This document shows positions 50,427-61,015 of a DNA stretch of 64,000 nt, in pieces. The notes beneath the pieces are model-generated. The model saw nothing but the letters and a program-made list of their open reading frames with translations, had not been told where the DNA came from and did no database searches. The DNA lies in NCBI GenBank assembly GCA_963851265.1, contig CAWKNZ010000007.1, positions 672,001-736,000 of the forward strand, given 5' to 3'. Numbering within the stretch: position 1 is the stretch's first letter; each line of letters opens with the position of its first letter. The position numbers and the translations under genes are program-made. Source of the stretch: an uncultured Gemmatimonadales bacterium. Lineage in GTDB: Bacteria > Gemmatimonadota > Gemmatimonadetes > Gemmatimonadales > Gemmatimonadaceae.

Positions 50427-52406
50427 TCAGCTCTCCTGGCTTTCGTACTGCTCCTTGAGCGACGCGACCACGCCCGGGTCGGCGAGCGTCGTCGTGTCAC
50501 CTAACGCACGCCCTTCGGCGATGTCGCGCAGCAGTCGACGCATGATCTTCCCCGATCGCGTCTTCGGCAGGTCGGCCGAGAAGAGGATGTCGTCGGGCTT
50601 GGCGATGGCGCCGATCTTCTCGCCCACGTGGTCGCGCAGCTCGTCGCGGAGCGCGCCGCTCTGCGTGAAGCCCGCTCGCAGCGTCACGAACGCCGCGATC
50701 GCCTGGCCCTTGAGCGCGTGCGCCTTGCCCACCGCGGCCGCCTCTGCGACGGCCGGGTGGTCGACGAGCGCGCTCTCGACCTCCATCGTCCCGATGCGGT
50801 GGCCGGCCACGTTGAGCACGTCGTCCACCCGCCCGAGGATCCAGTAGTAGCCGTCGTCGTCGCGCTTGGCGCCGTCGCCGGCGAAGTAGACGTCCGGGCG
50901 GTTGGGCCACTTCGTGAAGTAGGTGTCGACGTAGCGCTGGTCGTCGCCCCAGATGGTGCGCAGCATCGACGGCCACGGCTTCGTGATCGCGAGCAGGCCG
51001 CCCCCCTTCTCGATCTCCCTTCCCTCGGCGTCGAGGAGCGCGGCCGAGATTCCGGGGAAGGGCACCGTCGCGGAGCCCGGCTTCGTGGGCGTCACGCCCG
51101 GCAGCGGGGTGATCATGATCGCGCCCGTCTCGGTCTGCCACCACGTGTCGACGATCGGGCAGCGGCCGCGGCCGATGTGCTCCCGGTACCACATCCACGC
51201 TTCGGGGTTGATCGGCTCGCCGACGCTGCCCAACAGCCGGAGCGTCGAGAGGTCGCGCCGCGCGGGGTACTCGGCCCCCCACTTCATGAACGCGCGGATC
51301 GCCGTCGGCGCGGTGTAGAAGATCGTCACCCCGTAACGCTCGATCACGTCCCAGAAGCGGTCCTTGTCCGGCCAGTCGGGCGCGCCCTCGTAGAGCACGC
51401 ACGTCGCCCCGTTGGCGAGCGGGCCGTAGACGATGTAGGAGTGGCCGGTGACCCAGCCCACGTCGGCGGTGCACCAGTAGACGTCCTCCTCCTTGAGGTC
51501 GAACACGTACTTGGTCGTGGCCGCCGCGCCGGTGAGGTAGCCGCCCGTCGTGTGCACGATCCCCTTCGGCTTGCCGGTCGTGCCCGAGGTGTAGAGGATG
51601 AACAGCAGGTCCTCCGCATCCATCGGCGTGGGCGCGCGGTAGAAGCCGCCGTCGGGCGCCTTCGCATCGTGCATGAGGCGGTGCCACCAGTGGTCGCGCC
51701 CTTCCTGGATCTCGGGGAACGCGAGGTCGCCCTGCGCTCCCGGGCGCCGCTGCACGACCACGACGTTCTCGATCGAGGGGCACTCCTCGAGCGCCTTGTC
51801 GGCGTTGCGCTTGAGAGGCACCACCTGTCCGCGCCGGTACCCGCGGTCGGCGGTGATGAGGAGCTTGCACTGCGAGTCGTTGATGCGGTCGCGCAGGCTC
51901 TCGGGGCTGAAGCCGCCGAAGACCACCGAGTGCACGGCGCCCACCCGCGCGCAGGCGAGCATCGCGACCACCGCCTCGACGATCATCGGCAGGTAGATGG
52001 CGACGCGGTCGCCCTTCTGCACGCCGAACCGGTCGAGCACGAGCGCGAACTTGTTGACCTCGCGGTAGAGGTCCCAGTAGGTGAGCGTGCGGCGGTCGCC
52101 GGGCTCGCCCTCGAAGATCAGCGCGGCCTTGTTGCGCCGCGGCCCCTGCACGTGCCGGTCGAGGCAGTTGGCGCTCGCGTTGAGCTGCCCGCCGACGAAC
52201 CACTTCGCGTGCGGCGGCTGCCAGTCGAGCACCTGATCCCACGGCCGCATCCACTCCAGCTGGCCGGCCATCCGCGCCCAGAACGCCTCGGGGTCGCGCG
52301 CGCCCTCGGCGTGCAGCGCGTCGTCGGGGGCGAGTGCCGTCTGGCGGAACGCGGCGGGCGGCGGGAAGGAGCGAGTCTCCTGCAGCAGAACGTCGAGGTC
52401 GGACAT
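50427..52406 (-). CDS. acs: Acetate--CoA ligase
   Basis: [33 protein letters not shown] and [11 protein letters not shown]. Confidence 0.95.
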   Translation of the reverse strand: MSDLDVLLQETRSFPPPAAFRQTALAPDDALHAEGARDPEAFWARMAGQLEWMRPWDQVLDWQPPHAKWFVGGQLNASANCLDRHVQGPRRNKAALIFEGEPGDRRTLTYWDLYREVNKFALVLDRFGVQKGDRVAIYLPMIVEAVVAMLACARVGAVHSVVFGGFSPESLRDRINDSQCKLLITADRGYRRGQVVPLKRNADKALEECPSIENVVVVQRRPGAQGDLAFPEIQEGRDHWWHRLMHDAKAPDGGFYRAPTPMDAEDLLFILYTSGTTGKPKGIVHTTGGYLTGAAATTKYVFDLKEEDVYWCTADVGWVTGHSYIVYGPLANGATCVLYEGAPDWPDKDRFWDVIERYGVTIFYTAPTAIRAFMKWGAEYPARRDLSTLRLLGSVGEPINPEAWMWYREHIGRGRCPIVDTWWQTETGAIMITPLPGVTPTKPGSATVPFPGISAALLDAEGREIEKGGGLLAITKPWPSMLRTIWGDDQRYVDTYFTKWPNRPDVYFAGDGAKRDDDGYYWILGRVDDVLNVAGHRIGTMEVESALVDHPAVAEAAAVGKAHALKGQAIAAFVTLRAGFTQSGALRDELRDHVGEKIGAIAKPDDILFSADLPKTRSGKIMRRLLRDIAEGRALGDTTTLADPGVVASLKEQYESQES

Positions 52407-52594
52407 GGCGAGGGAGGAGAGCGGGTCGGGGGTGTCGACGTGAATCGCCCGGCGGACAGGGAGCGGTCGCGCCGGTGAACGTTACACCGGCGCGCGCGGA
52501 CGATTCTGGCGCCCCGTCGGTACGTCACATACCGTGCGCGTGCCGCATCACGTGCGCCCCCCACGCGTCCCCGCCCACCTCCCCCTCGCCGGCC

Positions 52595-54262
52595 ATGGCC
52601 ACCTACGCCCCCACCGCGCCGCTCGCGGCGCCCACGCGCGACGTCGCGATCAAGGACGTGCGCGGCGTCATCTTCGCCGCCTCGCTCGGCACCGTGTTCG
52701 AGTGGTACGACTTCTACCTGTACGGCTCGCTCGCGGCGATCATCTCGAAGCAGTTCTTCTCGGGCGTCAACCCGACGGCCGGCTTCGTGTTCGCGCTGCT
52801 CGCCTTCGCCGCCGGCTTCGCCGTCCGCCCGTTCGGCGCGGTCGTCTTCGGCCGGCTCGGCGACCTCGTCGGGCGCAAGTACACGTTCCTGGTCACGATC
52901 CTCATCATGGGCTTCTCGACCTTCCTGGTCGGGGTGCTCCCGTCGTACGCGTCGATCGGCGTGATCGCGCCCATCGCGCTCGTCACCCTGCGGCTGCTGC
53001 AGGGCCTCGCGTTAGGCGGCGAGTACGGCGGCGCGGCGACGTACGTGGCCGAGCACGCGCCCAACGGGAAGCGCGGCAGCTACACGGCGTGGATCCAGAC
53101 GACCGCGACGCTCGGCCTCTTCCTCTCGCTCCTCGTGATCCTCGGCTGCCGCGTCGTGCTCGGCACCGAGCAGTTCGAGGCCTGGGGCTGGCGCATCCCG
53201 TTCGCCGTCTCGCTCGTGCTGCTCGCGGTCTCGACGTGGATCCGGCTCCGCCTGGACGAGAGCCCGATGTTCCGGCAGATGAAGGCCGAGGGGAAGGGGT
53301 CGAAGTCGCCGCTCAAGGACTCGTTCGGCAACTGGGGCAACCTCAAGCTCGTGCTGCTCGCGCTGTTCGGGCTCGCGATGGGGCAGGCGGTGGTGTGGTA
53401 TACCGGGCAGTTCTACGCGCTGTTCTTCCTGACCCAGATGCTGAAGGTGGACGCGCAGAGCGCGAACCTGATGGTCGCCGCGGCGCTCCTGCTCGCCACG
53501 CCGTTCTTCATCGTGATGGGCGCGCTGTCGGACCGGATCGGGCGCAAGCCGGTCATCCTCGGCGGGTGCCTCGTCGCCGCGCTCACGTACTTCCCGCTGT
53601 TCAAGGCGCTCACCCACTACGCCAACCCCGCGCTCGAGCAGGCGCAGACGACCGCGCCGGTGACGGTCGTCGCCGACCCCAACGCGTGCTCGTTCCAGTT
53701 CGACCCGGTGGGTAAGGCCAAGTTCACGTCGAGCTGCGACGTGGCGAAGGCGGCGCTCGTCAAGGCGGGCGTGCCGTACGTGAACCAGGCCGCGGCGGCC
53801 GGCAGCGTCGCGCAGGTGACGGTGGGCAGCACCGCGCTGCCGTCGTACGACGGCAAGGCGCCCGACGCCAAGGCCCGCGGGGCCGCGTTCGACAAGGCGT
53901 TAGGCGGTGCGCTCAAGTCGGCGGGCTACCCGGCCAAGGCCGACCCCACGCGCGTCAACACGCCGATGGTCATCGCCGTGCTGTTCGTGCTCGTGCTCTA
54001 CGTGACGATGGTCTACGGGCCGATCGCCGCGATGCTCGTCGAGATGTTCCCCACGCGCATCCGCTACACCTCGATGTCGCTCCCCTACCACATCGGGAAC
54101 GGCTGGTTCGGCGGCTTCCTGCCGACGACGGCGTTCGCGATCGTCGCCGCGACGGGCAACCTGTACTCGGGGCTCTGGTACCCGATCATCATCGCGGCCA
54201 TCACGGTCGTCATCGGCGCGCTGTTCGTGCGCGAGACGCGGACGGTCGACATCCGCGGCTGA
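52595..54262 (+). CDS. MFS transporter, metabolite:H+ symporter family
   Basis: GTVFEWYDFYLY, FGRLGDLVGRK, RLLQGLALGGEYGGA and EMFPTRIRY. Confidence 0.92.
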   Translation: MATYAPTAPLAAPTRDVAIKDVRGVIFAASLGTVFEWYDFYLYGSLAAIISKQFFSGVNPTAGFVFALLAFAAGFAVRPFGAVVFGRLGDLVGRKYTFLVTILIMGFSTFLVGVLPSYASIGVIAPIALVTLRLLQGLALGGEYGGAATYVAEHAPNGKRGSYTAWIQTTATLGLFLSLLVILGCRVVLGTEQFEAWGWRIPFAVSLVLLAVSTWIRLRLDESPMFRQMKAEGKGSKSPLKDSFGNWGNLKLVLLALFGLAMGQAVVWYTGQFYALFFLTQMLKVDAQSANLMVAAALLLATPFFIVMGALSDRIGRKPVILGGCLVAALTYFPLFKALTHYANPALEQAQTTAPVTVVADPNACSFQFDPVGKAKFTSSCDVAKAALVKAGVPYVNQAAAAGSVAQVTVGSTALPSYDGKAPDAKARGAAFDKALGGALKSAGYPAKADPTRVNTPMVIAVLFVLVLYVTMVYGPIAAMLVEMFPTRIRYTSMSLPYHIGNGWFGGFLPTTAFAIVAATGNLYSGLWYPIIIAAITVVIGALFVRETRTVDIRG

Positions 54263-54272
54263 GCGCCTTGGA

Positions 54273-54304
54273 GGGACGGGGGCGCCGTGCGGCGCCCCCG
54301 TCCC
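54273..54304 (+). terminator. Perfect 14-bp hairpin after the MFS gene
   Basis: GGGACGGGGGCGCC-gtgc-GGCGCCCCCGTCCC. Confidence 0.6.
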
Positions 54305-54387
54305 CAGCACGCCGGGCCGCCGCCGGCGGCCTTGTCGGCGCGTGCGGGGCGCCGCATGTTCGCGCGACCCTCACCGGACCGCCCTTT

Positions 54388-55992
54388 ATGCGATACTCGC
54401 CTCCCTGGCCCGGCGCGGCAGTCCGCGCGGTGGCAACACTCGCGGCCGTCGGCCTGACGGCGATCGCGCCGCCTGCGCCGCTCGCCGCACAGCCGGTACG
54501 GCTCGGCGAGGTGAGCTTCCCCGTGTCCGCGACCGGCGCCGCCGCGCGCGAGTTCCGCACGGGCGTGCTCTACCTGCATAGCTTCGAGTACGATTCCGCC
54601 GCGGCCGCGTTCCGCCGCGCGCAGCAGCGCGCGCCGCACTTCGCGATGGCGTACTGGGGCGAGGCGATGACGTACACGCACCCGGTGTGGAACCAGCAGG
54701 ACACGGCCGCCGCCCGCGCCGCGCTCGGCCGCCTCGCCCCGACCCGTGAGGCGCGGCGCGCGGCGGCGGACACCCCGCGCGAGCGCGACTACCTCGACGC
54801 GGTCGAGGTGCTGTACGGTCCGGGCCCGAAGGCCGCGCGCGATACGGCGTACGCGGCGGCGATGGCGCGCGTGGCCGCCGCACACCCCGAAGACGCCGAG
54901 GCCCAGACGTTCTTCGCGCTCGCGCTGCTGGGGCTCAACCAGGGCGAGCGCGACGTGCCCACGTACATGCGCGCGGCCGCCATCGCCGGTCCGGTCTTCG
55001 CGGCCCATCCGACGCACCCGGGCGCGGCGCACTACCTCATCCACGCGTTCGACGACCCCGCCCACGCGCCGCTCGGGCTTCCCGCGGCGCGCGCCTACTC
55101 GGGCATCGCCCCCGACGCGCCGCACGCGCAGCACATGACGTCGCACATCTTCCTCGCGCTCGGCATGTGGGACGCGACGGTGCACGCCAACGAGGTCGCG
55201 AGCACCTACCACGACTCGGCCGGGCGCTCCCTGCACCTCACCTGCGGACACTACGGCGAGTGGCTGCAGTACGCCTACCTGCAGCAGGGACGTCCGAAGG
55301 CGGCCGCGAACGTCATGGCCGAATGCGGCGCCCAGATCCGCAACGCGCGGAACTCCCGCCCGCAGATGGGCCGGTCGTCGTTGGCGCACATGCGCGCGGT
55401 TCAGATCGTCGACGGGATGGTCGACACCGCGCCCGCGGCCGGCGACTCGGCCGGACTGTCCGCGTACGGTCGCGCCTTCGTCGCGCTCGGCGACGCGCAC
55501 GCCGCGGCGCATCGCGGCGACACGGCCACGCTGCGGACCGCCCGCGCCACGCTCGCCGGGCTGCCCGACGCACTGCCGTCCGGCTACGGCGAGATCGCGA
55601 CGCGCCAGACCGACGGACTGCTCGCGCGCGCCACAGGGGATAGCGCCGCCGCGCTGGCCGCACTGCGCCGGGCCGCGGCCGTCGAAGACAGCCTGCCGGT
55701 GGAGTTCGGTCCGCCGCTCGTCGTCAAGCCCTCCCACGAGCTGCTCGGCGAGACGCTGCTCGCGCTCGGCCGCCCGGCGGACGCGCGCGTCGAGTTCGAT
55801 CGCCAGCTCACCCGCACCCCGCGGCGCGCCGCGACGCTGCTCGACCTCGCGCGGGCGGCCCGCGCCGCCGGCGACCCGGCCCGCGCCGCGACGGCGCTCG
55901 CCGAGCTCGCCGACGTGTCGCGGCACGCGGAGCCCGACGCGCCCGTGCGGGCCGCGCTCGCGGCGGGGGCGGGGCGTACGGCCGAGCGTTAG
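54388..55992 (+). CDS. Secreted TPR-like protein with a conserved His-rich core
   Basis: Signal peptide; LHSFEY, MAYWGEAM, HPGAAHYLIHAFD and HAQHMTSHIF. Confidence 0.8.
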   Translation: MRYSPPWPGAAVRAVATLAAVGLTAIAPPAPLAAQPVRLGEVSFPVSATGAAAREFRTGVLYLHSFEYDSAAAAFRRAQQRAPHFAMAYWGEAMTYTHPVWNQQDTAAARAALGRLAPTREARRAAADTPRERDYLDAVEVLYGPGPKAARDTAYAAAMARVAAAHPEDAEAQTFFALALLGLNQGERDVPTYMRAAAIAGPVFAAHPTHPGAAHYLIHAFDDPAHAPLGLPAARAYSGIAPDAPHAQHMTSHIFLALGMWDATVHANEVASTYHDSAGRSLHLTCGHYGEWLQYAYLQQGRPKAAANVMAECGAQIRNARNSRPQMGRSSLAHMRAVQIVDGMVDTAPAAGDSAGLSAYGRAFVALGDAHAAAHRGDTATLRTARATLAGLPDALPSGYGEIATRQTDGLLARATGDSAAALAALRRAAAVEDSLPVEFGPPLVVKPSHELLGETLLALGRPADARVEFDRQLTRTPRRAATLLDLARAARAAGDPARAATALAELADVSRHAEPDAPVRAALAAGAGRTAER

Positions 55993-55999
55993 GCGCGCG

Positions 56000-57955
56000 A
56001 TGGTGCCCGAACCCGCGTCGCCCACGCCGCCGCCCGCCGGCGCCGACCTCCGCACCCTCCTGGCCGGGGAGGCGCCGATCCCGGCCCCCGCGTGGCTCGC
56101 CGAGCGCGCCCCGGTGGACTACGACGCCGAGCGCGCGCGCGCGGCGGCCGACCCGGACGCGTTCTGGGCGGAGCAGGCCGGTGCCGTCGAGTGGGCCGCG
56201 CCGTGGCACACGGTGCGCCGCTTCGAGCCCCCCGAGCACGCGTGGTTCGAGGGCGGGCGCCTCAACGTGACCGTCAGCTGCCTCGACCGGCACGCCAGGG
56301 GCGAGCGGCGGACCAAGGCCGCGCTCATCTGGCTCTCCGAGGACGGCGACGAACGCACCTACACCTACGGCCGCCTGTACCGGGAGGTCAACCGCTTCGC
56401 CAACGCGCTCGCGTCGTTAGGCGTGGGCGCGGGCGACCGCGTCGTCCTCTACATGCCCAACACGCCCGAGGGCGTGGTCGCGATGCTCGCCTGCGCGCGG
56501 CTGGGGGCGATCCACTCGGTCGTCTACGCGGGGATCGGCGCGGGCGCGCTGCGCGCGCGCATCGAGGACGCGGGCGCGAAGGCGGTGGTCTGCTCCGACT
56601 ACACCTACCGGCGCGGCAAGCCGGTCCCGCTCAAGCCGATCGTCGACGAGGCCGTGCGCGGGCTGGCCTTCGTGGAGCACGTCGTCGTCCACCGCCGCGG
56701 CTCGCGCCCGGGCGACGCGCCCGCGGGGTTCGCCCCGGCCGCGTTCAGCTCGGAGCGCGAGGTCGACTTCTACGACGTGCAGGCGCCGCACGCGATCCGC
56801 CGCGAGCCCGCGATGGTCGACGCCGAACACCCGCTGTTCATCCTCTACACGTCGGGCACGACGGGGCGGCCCAAGGGCGTGGTGCACACCACGGGCGGAT
56901 ACCTCGTCGGCGTGACCTACCTCGCGCGCGCCTTCCTCCAGCTGGGCGAGCGCGACGTCTACTACTGCACGTCCGACCTCGGCTGGGCCGTGGGGCACTC
57001 GTACATCGTGTACGGCCCGCTGTCGATCGGCGCGACGGTGGTCTTCCGCGAGGGCGCGCCCGACTGGCCCACCGCCGACGTGACGTGGGAGCTGGTCGAG
57101 CGCTTCGGCGTCGACGTGATGTTCACGGCGCCGACGGCGGTGCGCATGTGGATGAGCCACGGCGCGGAGGCGCCCGCCAAGTTCGACCTGTCGCGCCTGC
57201 GGCTGCTCGCCTGCGCCGGAGAGCCGCTCAACCCGGAGGCGCACCGCTGGGCGCAGCGGAACCTCGTGGGGCAGGGCGACGGCTTCGTCGTCGACAACTG
57301 GTGGCAGACCGAGATCGCCGCGCCGGTGCTCGCGACCTTCCCGGCGTTCGAGGCGCGGCCCGGGCGGGTGGGCAAGCCCGTGCCCGGGGCGGAGGTCGCG
57401 GTGGTCGACGCGGCGGGCCGGCCGCTGCCGCCCAACACGGGCGGACTGCTGGTACTCACGGCGCCGCTCCCGTGGATGCTGCGCACCATCTGGAACGACC
57501 ACGCGCGCTACGCCGCGTACTGGCAGCAGATCCCGGGCGTCTACACGGCGGGCGACGTCGCGGTGATCGACGAGGACGGCTACGTCGCGGTGTTGGGCCG
57601 CGCGGACGACGTGCTCAACGTCGCGGGGCACCGCATCGGGACGGCCGACGTGGAGGGCTCGCTCCTGCGGCACCCCGCGGTGGCCGAGAGCGCCGTGGTC
57701 GGGCTGCCCGACCCGATCCGGGGGGAGCGGATCAAGGCGTTCGTGGTCGTGCGCGCGGGACACCCGGCCGGGCCGGCGCTGATCGCCTCGCTGAAGGACC
57801 ACGTTAGGCAGGACCTCGGCCCGATCGCGCAGCCGAGCGAGGTCGAGGTGCGCGCGTCGCTGCCGAAGACCCGCTCGGGGAAGATCGTGCGGCGGATGCT
57901 GAAGGCGGAGGCGATGGGGGTGGACCCGGGGGACCTGAGCACGCTCGCGGATTGA
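56000..57955 (+). CDS. Second acetate/propionate--CoA ligase
   Basis: YTSGTTGRPKG, DLGWAVGHSY, CAGEP, DNWWQTE and [11 protein letters not shown]. Confidence 0.9.
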   Translation: MVPEPASPTPPPAGADLRTLLAGEAPIPAPAWLAERAPVDYDAERARAAADPDAFWAEQAGAVEWAAPWHTVRRFEPPEHAWFEGGRLNVTVSCLDRHARGERRTKAALIWLSEDGDERTYTYGRLYREVNRFANALASLGVGAGDRVVLYMPNTPEGVVAMLACARLGAIHSVVYAGIGAGALRARIEDAGAKAVVCSDYTYRRGKPVPLKPIVDEAVRGLAFVEHVVVHRRGSRPGDAPAGFAPAAFSSEREVDFYDVQAPHAIRREPAMVDAEHPLFILYTSGTTGRPKGVVHTTGGYLVGVTYLARAFLQLGERDVYYCTSDLGWAVGHSYIVYGPLSIGATVVFREGAPDWPTADVTWELVERFGVDVMFTAPTAVRMWMSHGAEAPAKFDLSRLRLLACAGEPLNPEAHRWAQRNLVGQGDGFVVDNWWQTEIAAPVLATFPAFEARPGRVGKPVPGAEVAVVDAAGRPLPPNTGGLLVLTAPLPWMLRTIWNDHARYAAYWQQIPGVYTAGDVAVIDEDGYVAVLGRADDVLNVAGHRIGTADVEGSLLRHPAVAESAVVGLPDPIRGERIKAFVVVRAGHPAGPALIASLKDHVRQDLGPIAQPSEVEVRASLPKTRSGKIVRRMLKAEAMGVDPGDLSTLAD

Positions 57956-57992
57956 GCGGGCGCGCCCGCGCAGCCCCGGTTAGCGTTCCCCC

Positions 57993-58718
57993 GTGCCCGC
58001 GCCCGCCGCCCCGCCCCCCGCCCTCGAAGCGCTCGCCCTGGCCCGCCGCTACGGCCCGCGCCGCGCCGTGGACGGCGTGAGCTTCGCGCTCGCCCCGGGC
58101 GACTGCCTCGCCCTGTTCGGGCCCAACGGGGCGGGGAAGAGCACCCTGCTCAAGATGCTCGGCGGCCTGCTCCGCCCCTCGAGCGGCGAGGCGCGCGTCG
58201 CCGGACGCGCGGTCGGCGGCGACGACGGCGCGGCGCGGGGGTCGGTCGGCCTCATCTCGCACCAGAGCCAGCTCTACGCCGCGCTCACCGCCCGCGAGAA
58301 CGTCGCCTTCGCGGCGCGCCTCTACGGCGTGCCCGATCCCGACGCGGCCGCGCTGCGCGCCCTCGAGCAGCTCCGGGTCGCCGACCGCGCCGACACGCCC
58401 GTGCGGCGCCTCTCGCGCGGGCTGCAGCAGCGCGTCTCGATCGCGCGCGCGGTCGTCCACGCGCCCGCCGTCCTCCTCTGCGACGAGCCCTACACCGGCC
58501 TCGACACGGTCGGCGCGGACGCGCTCACCGCGACGCTCACGGCGTTGCGGGCGGGCGGCGCCGCCCTGGTGCTCGTCACGCACCAGTTAGGCGAGGGACT
58601 CGCGCTCGCCACGCAGGTCGCCGTGCTCGTGGCCGGGCGCCTCGCGCACCACGCGCCGCGCGCGGCCGTCGACGACGCCGCGTTCGTCGACGCGTACCGC
58701 GCGCTCGCCGCGGCCTGA
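57993..58718 (+). CDS. ccmA: Heme ABC exporter ATPase
   Basis: GPNGAGKST, LSRGLQQR and CDEPYTGLD; upstream of ccmB and ccmC. Confidence 0.85.
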   Translation: MPAPAAPPPALEALALARRYGPRRAVDGVSFALAPGDCLALFGPNGAGKSTLLKMLGGLLRPSSGEARVAGRAVGGDDGAARGSVGLISHQSQLYAALTARENVAFAARLYGVPDPDAAALRALEQLRVADRADTPVRRLSRGLQQRVSIARAVVHAPAVLLCDEPYTGLDTVGADALTATLTALRAGGAALVLVTHQLGEGLALATQVAVLVAGRLAHHAPRAAVDDAAFVDAYRALAAA

Positions 58719-58738
58719 CCGCGCGCAAGCCCGCCCGC

Positions 58739-59428
58739 GTGACGCCGCCGTCCGTCCTCGCGACCGCCCTGCTCGTCGCCCGCAAGGACCTGCTGATCGA
58801 GTTCCGCACGCGCAGCGCGTTCCTCGCCGCGGTGGTCTTCGCGCTCGTCGCGGTCGTGATCTTCCGCTTCTCGTCCGACCCCACCGCGGTCAACCCGCTC
58901 GACCTCGCGCCCGGCGTGCTCTGGACGATCTTCGTCTTCAGCGGCATCCTCGGCCTGCACCGCTCGTTCGGCGTGGAGCAGGCCGACCGCGCGATCGACG
59001 CGCTGCTCGCCTCGCCCGTTCCGCGCGAGGCGGTGTTCATCGGCAAGCTGCTCGCGAACTTCGCGTTCGTCGCGTGTGTTCAGCTCGTGGCGATCCCCGC
59101 GGTCGCGCTCTTCTACGACCTGCCGATCGGCGGCGGCATTCTCGCCGGGATCTTTGCGATCGCGGCGCTCGCGGCGGTCGGACTGGTCGCCGTCGGCACC
59201 CTGTTCTCCGCGATGACCGTCAACACGCGACTCGCCGAGCTGCTGCTGCCGATGCTCGCGCTGCCCTTCTTCGTGCCCGTCGTGACGCCCGCCGCGCTCG
59301 CCACGGCCCGGCTGCTCGCCGGGCGGCCGCTGGCGGAAGTGGGGGGAATGCTCAAGCTTTTGGGGAGCTTCGACCTGGTGTTCCTCGTCGCGTGCACGCT
59401 CGCCTTTCCGTACACGCTCGAAGACTGA
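58739..59428 (+). CDS. ccmB: Heme exporter permease
   Basis: KDLLIEFR, APGVLW and ELLLPMLALP. Confidence 0.88.
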   Translation: MTPPSVLATALLVARKDLLIEFRTRSAFLAAVVFALVAVVIFRFSSDPTAVNPLDLAPGVLWTIFVFSGILGLHRSFGVEQADRAIDALLASPVPREAVFIGKLLANFAFVACVQLVAIPAVALFYDLPIGGGILAGIFAIAALAAVGLVAVGTLFSAMTVNTRLAELLLPMLALPFFVPVVTPAALATARLLAGRPLAEVGGMLKLLGSFDLVFLVACTLAFPYTLED

Positions 59429-59464
59429 TCCGTTCGGGATGACTCTCGAGATGACCCTGCCGGT

Positions 59465-60220
59465 ATGACCAACCCGTCGTTCACGCTCTCGCCACCCCTC
59501 GCGCCGACGCCGGCGGCCGCCGCGCCGGCCGCGCCCGCGCGTCCGGCCCGCGGCGTCGACCTGCTGCTCATCGCCGGCCTGCTCGCCGTCGCGGGCGCGA
59601 TGGCGCGCGCGGTCTGGTTCACGCCGATCGAGGCGATGCAGGGCGCGGCGCAGAAGATCTTCTACGTGCACGTGCCGTCGGCCGTCGTCTCCCTCTACCT
59701 CGGCCTGCCGCTCGTCGCGATCGCGAGCGGCGTCTACCTGTGGCTCAAGGACGACCGCCTCGACCGGCTCGCGGAGAGCGCGGCCGAGGTGAGCCTCGTG
59801 TTCATGACCGCGGTGCTCGTCACCGGGCCGGTGTGGGGCAAGCCGATCTGGGGCACGTGGTGGACGTGGGACGCGCGCCTCACGCTCACGCTCTTCCTCT
59901 GGTTCGTCGTCGTCGGCTACCTCGTGCTGCGTGGTGCGATCGAGGACCGCGCCCAACGCGCGCGCTACTCCGCGGTGCTCGGCCTCTTGGCGGTGCTGCT
60001 CGTGCCGTTCATCCACCTCAGCGTGTACCTGTTCCGCACGCTGCACCCGATGCCCGTGGTGCTCAAGCCGAGCGCGCCGTCGCTGCCGCCCGAGATGACG
60101 CACACGCTGCTCCTGAGCTTCGGCGCGTTCGCGCTGCTGTTCGTCGCACTGCTGCGCGCGCGCCTGCGCTACGCCAACGAGCGCGAGCTCGTCGCGCTGG
60201 CCGAGGAGGCCGGACAGTGA
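59465..60220 (+). CDS. ccmC: Cytochrome c biogenesis heme chaperone/exporter
   Basis: IFYVHVP; WWD motif WGKPIWGTWWTWDARLT; RTLHP. Confidence 0.92.
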   Translation: MTNPSFTLSPPLAPTPAAAAPAAPARPARGVDLLLIAGLLAVAGAMARAVWFTPIEAMQGAAQKIFYVHVPSAVVSLYLGLPLVAIASGVYLWLKDDRLDRLAESAAEVSLVFMTAVLVTGPVWGKPIWGTWWTWDARLTLTLFLWFVVVGYLVLRGAIEDRAQRARYSAVLGLLAVLLVPFIHLSVYLFRTLHPMPVVLKPSAPSLPPEMTHTLLLSFGAFALLFVALLRARLRYANERELVALAEEAGQ

Positions 60221-60366
60221 GCGGCGGCCCTCCCGACAATGCCGCGTACTTTCACGCCGCGTACGTGCTCGTCGTACTCGTGTACGGCGGCTATGCGGCG
60301 GTGCTGCTACGCCGCCGGGCGCGCGTACGCCAGATCCTCGACCGACTGGGTGCGCCGGACCGCTGA
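60217..60366 (+). CDS. ccmD: CcmD-like small membrane protein
   Basis: GTGA overlap with ccmC; 49 aa; Y..AAY TM followed by a basic tail. Confidence 0.7.
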   Translation: MSGGPPDNAAYFHAAYVLVVLVYGGYAAVLLRRRARVRQILDRLGAPDR

Positions 60367-60393
60367 ACTGGCCCGGGCGTATAGCTTTCGCGT

Positions 60394-60981
60394 ATGCTGA
60401 ATCCCTGGCACGACCTCCCGCCCGGCCCGCATCCGCCCGACCAGGTCACGGCGATCATCGAGATCCCGGCCGGTAGCCGCAACAAGTACGAGCTCTGCAA
60501 GGACTCGGGCATGCTGCGCCTCGACCGCGTGCTGTACTCGGCCGTGCACTACCCGGGCGACTACGGCTTCGTCCCGCAGACGCTGCACGAGGACAACGAC
60601 CCGATCGACATCCTCGTGCGCATCCAGGAGCCCACGTTCCCGGGATGCCAGATCGACGCCCGCCCGATCGGCGTGCTGCGCATGCTCGACAAGGGTGAGC
60701 CGGACGACAAGATCCTCGCCGTGCCGATGCACGACCCGCTGCACCAGGAGTACTTCGACATCGCCGACCTGCCCGCGCACTATCTGAAGGAGGTCGAGCA
60801 CTTCTTCCGCATCTACAAGGACCTCGAGGGCAAGCGCGTCGAGATCCTCGGGTGGGAGAAGAGCGAGAGCGCGATGCGCCTGATCGAAGAGAGTATCGTG
60901 CGCTACCAGGCGAAGTACGGCGTGCGCGCGCCGGCACCGGAGTCGAGCGCGCCGGTGATCGCCTCCGCGGCGCTGCGCTGA
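60394..60981 (+). CDS. ppa: Inorganic pyrophosphatase (family I)
   Basis: IEIP.GSRNKYE, YPGDYGFVPQT, EDNDPIDILV and DDKILAV. Confidence 0.95.
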   Translation: MLNPWHDLPPGPHPPDQVTAIIEIPAGSRNKYELCKDSGMLRLDRVLYSAVHYPGDYGFVPQTLHEDNDPIDILVRIQEPTFPGCQIDARPIGVLRMLDKGEPDDKILAVPMHDPLHQEYFDIADLPAHYLKEVEHFFRIYKDLEGKRVEILGWEKSESAMRLIEESIVRYQAKYGVRAPAPESSAPVIASAALR

Positions 60982-61015
60982 CGGCATCACTCGCGCCGCG
61001 TCGCTCGCGGCGCGG

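Noticed and set aside
57993..60366. ccmABCD without ccmEFH as an incomplete system
   Set aside because: Split ccm loci are common; the remaining genes may lie outside the window.
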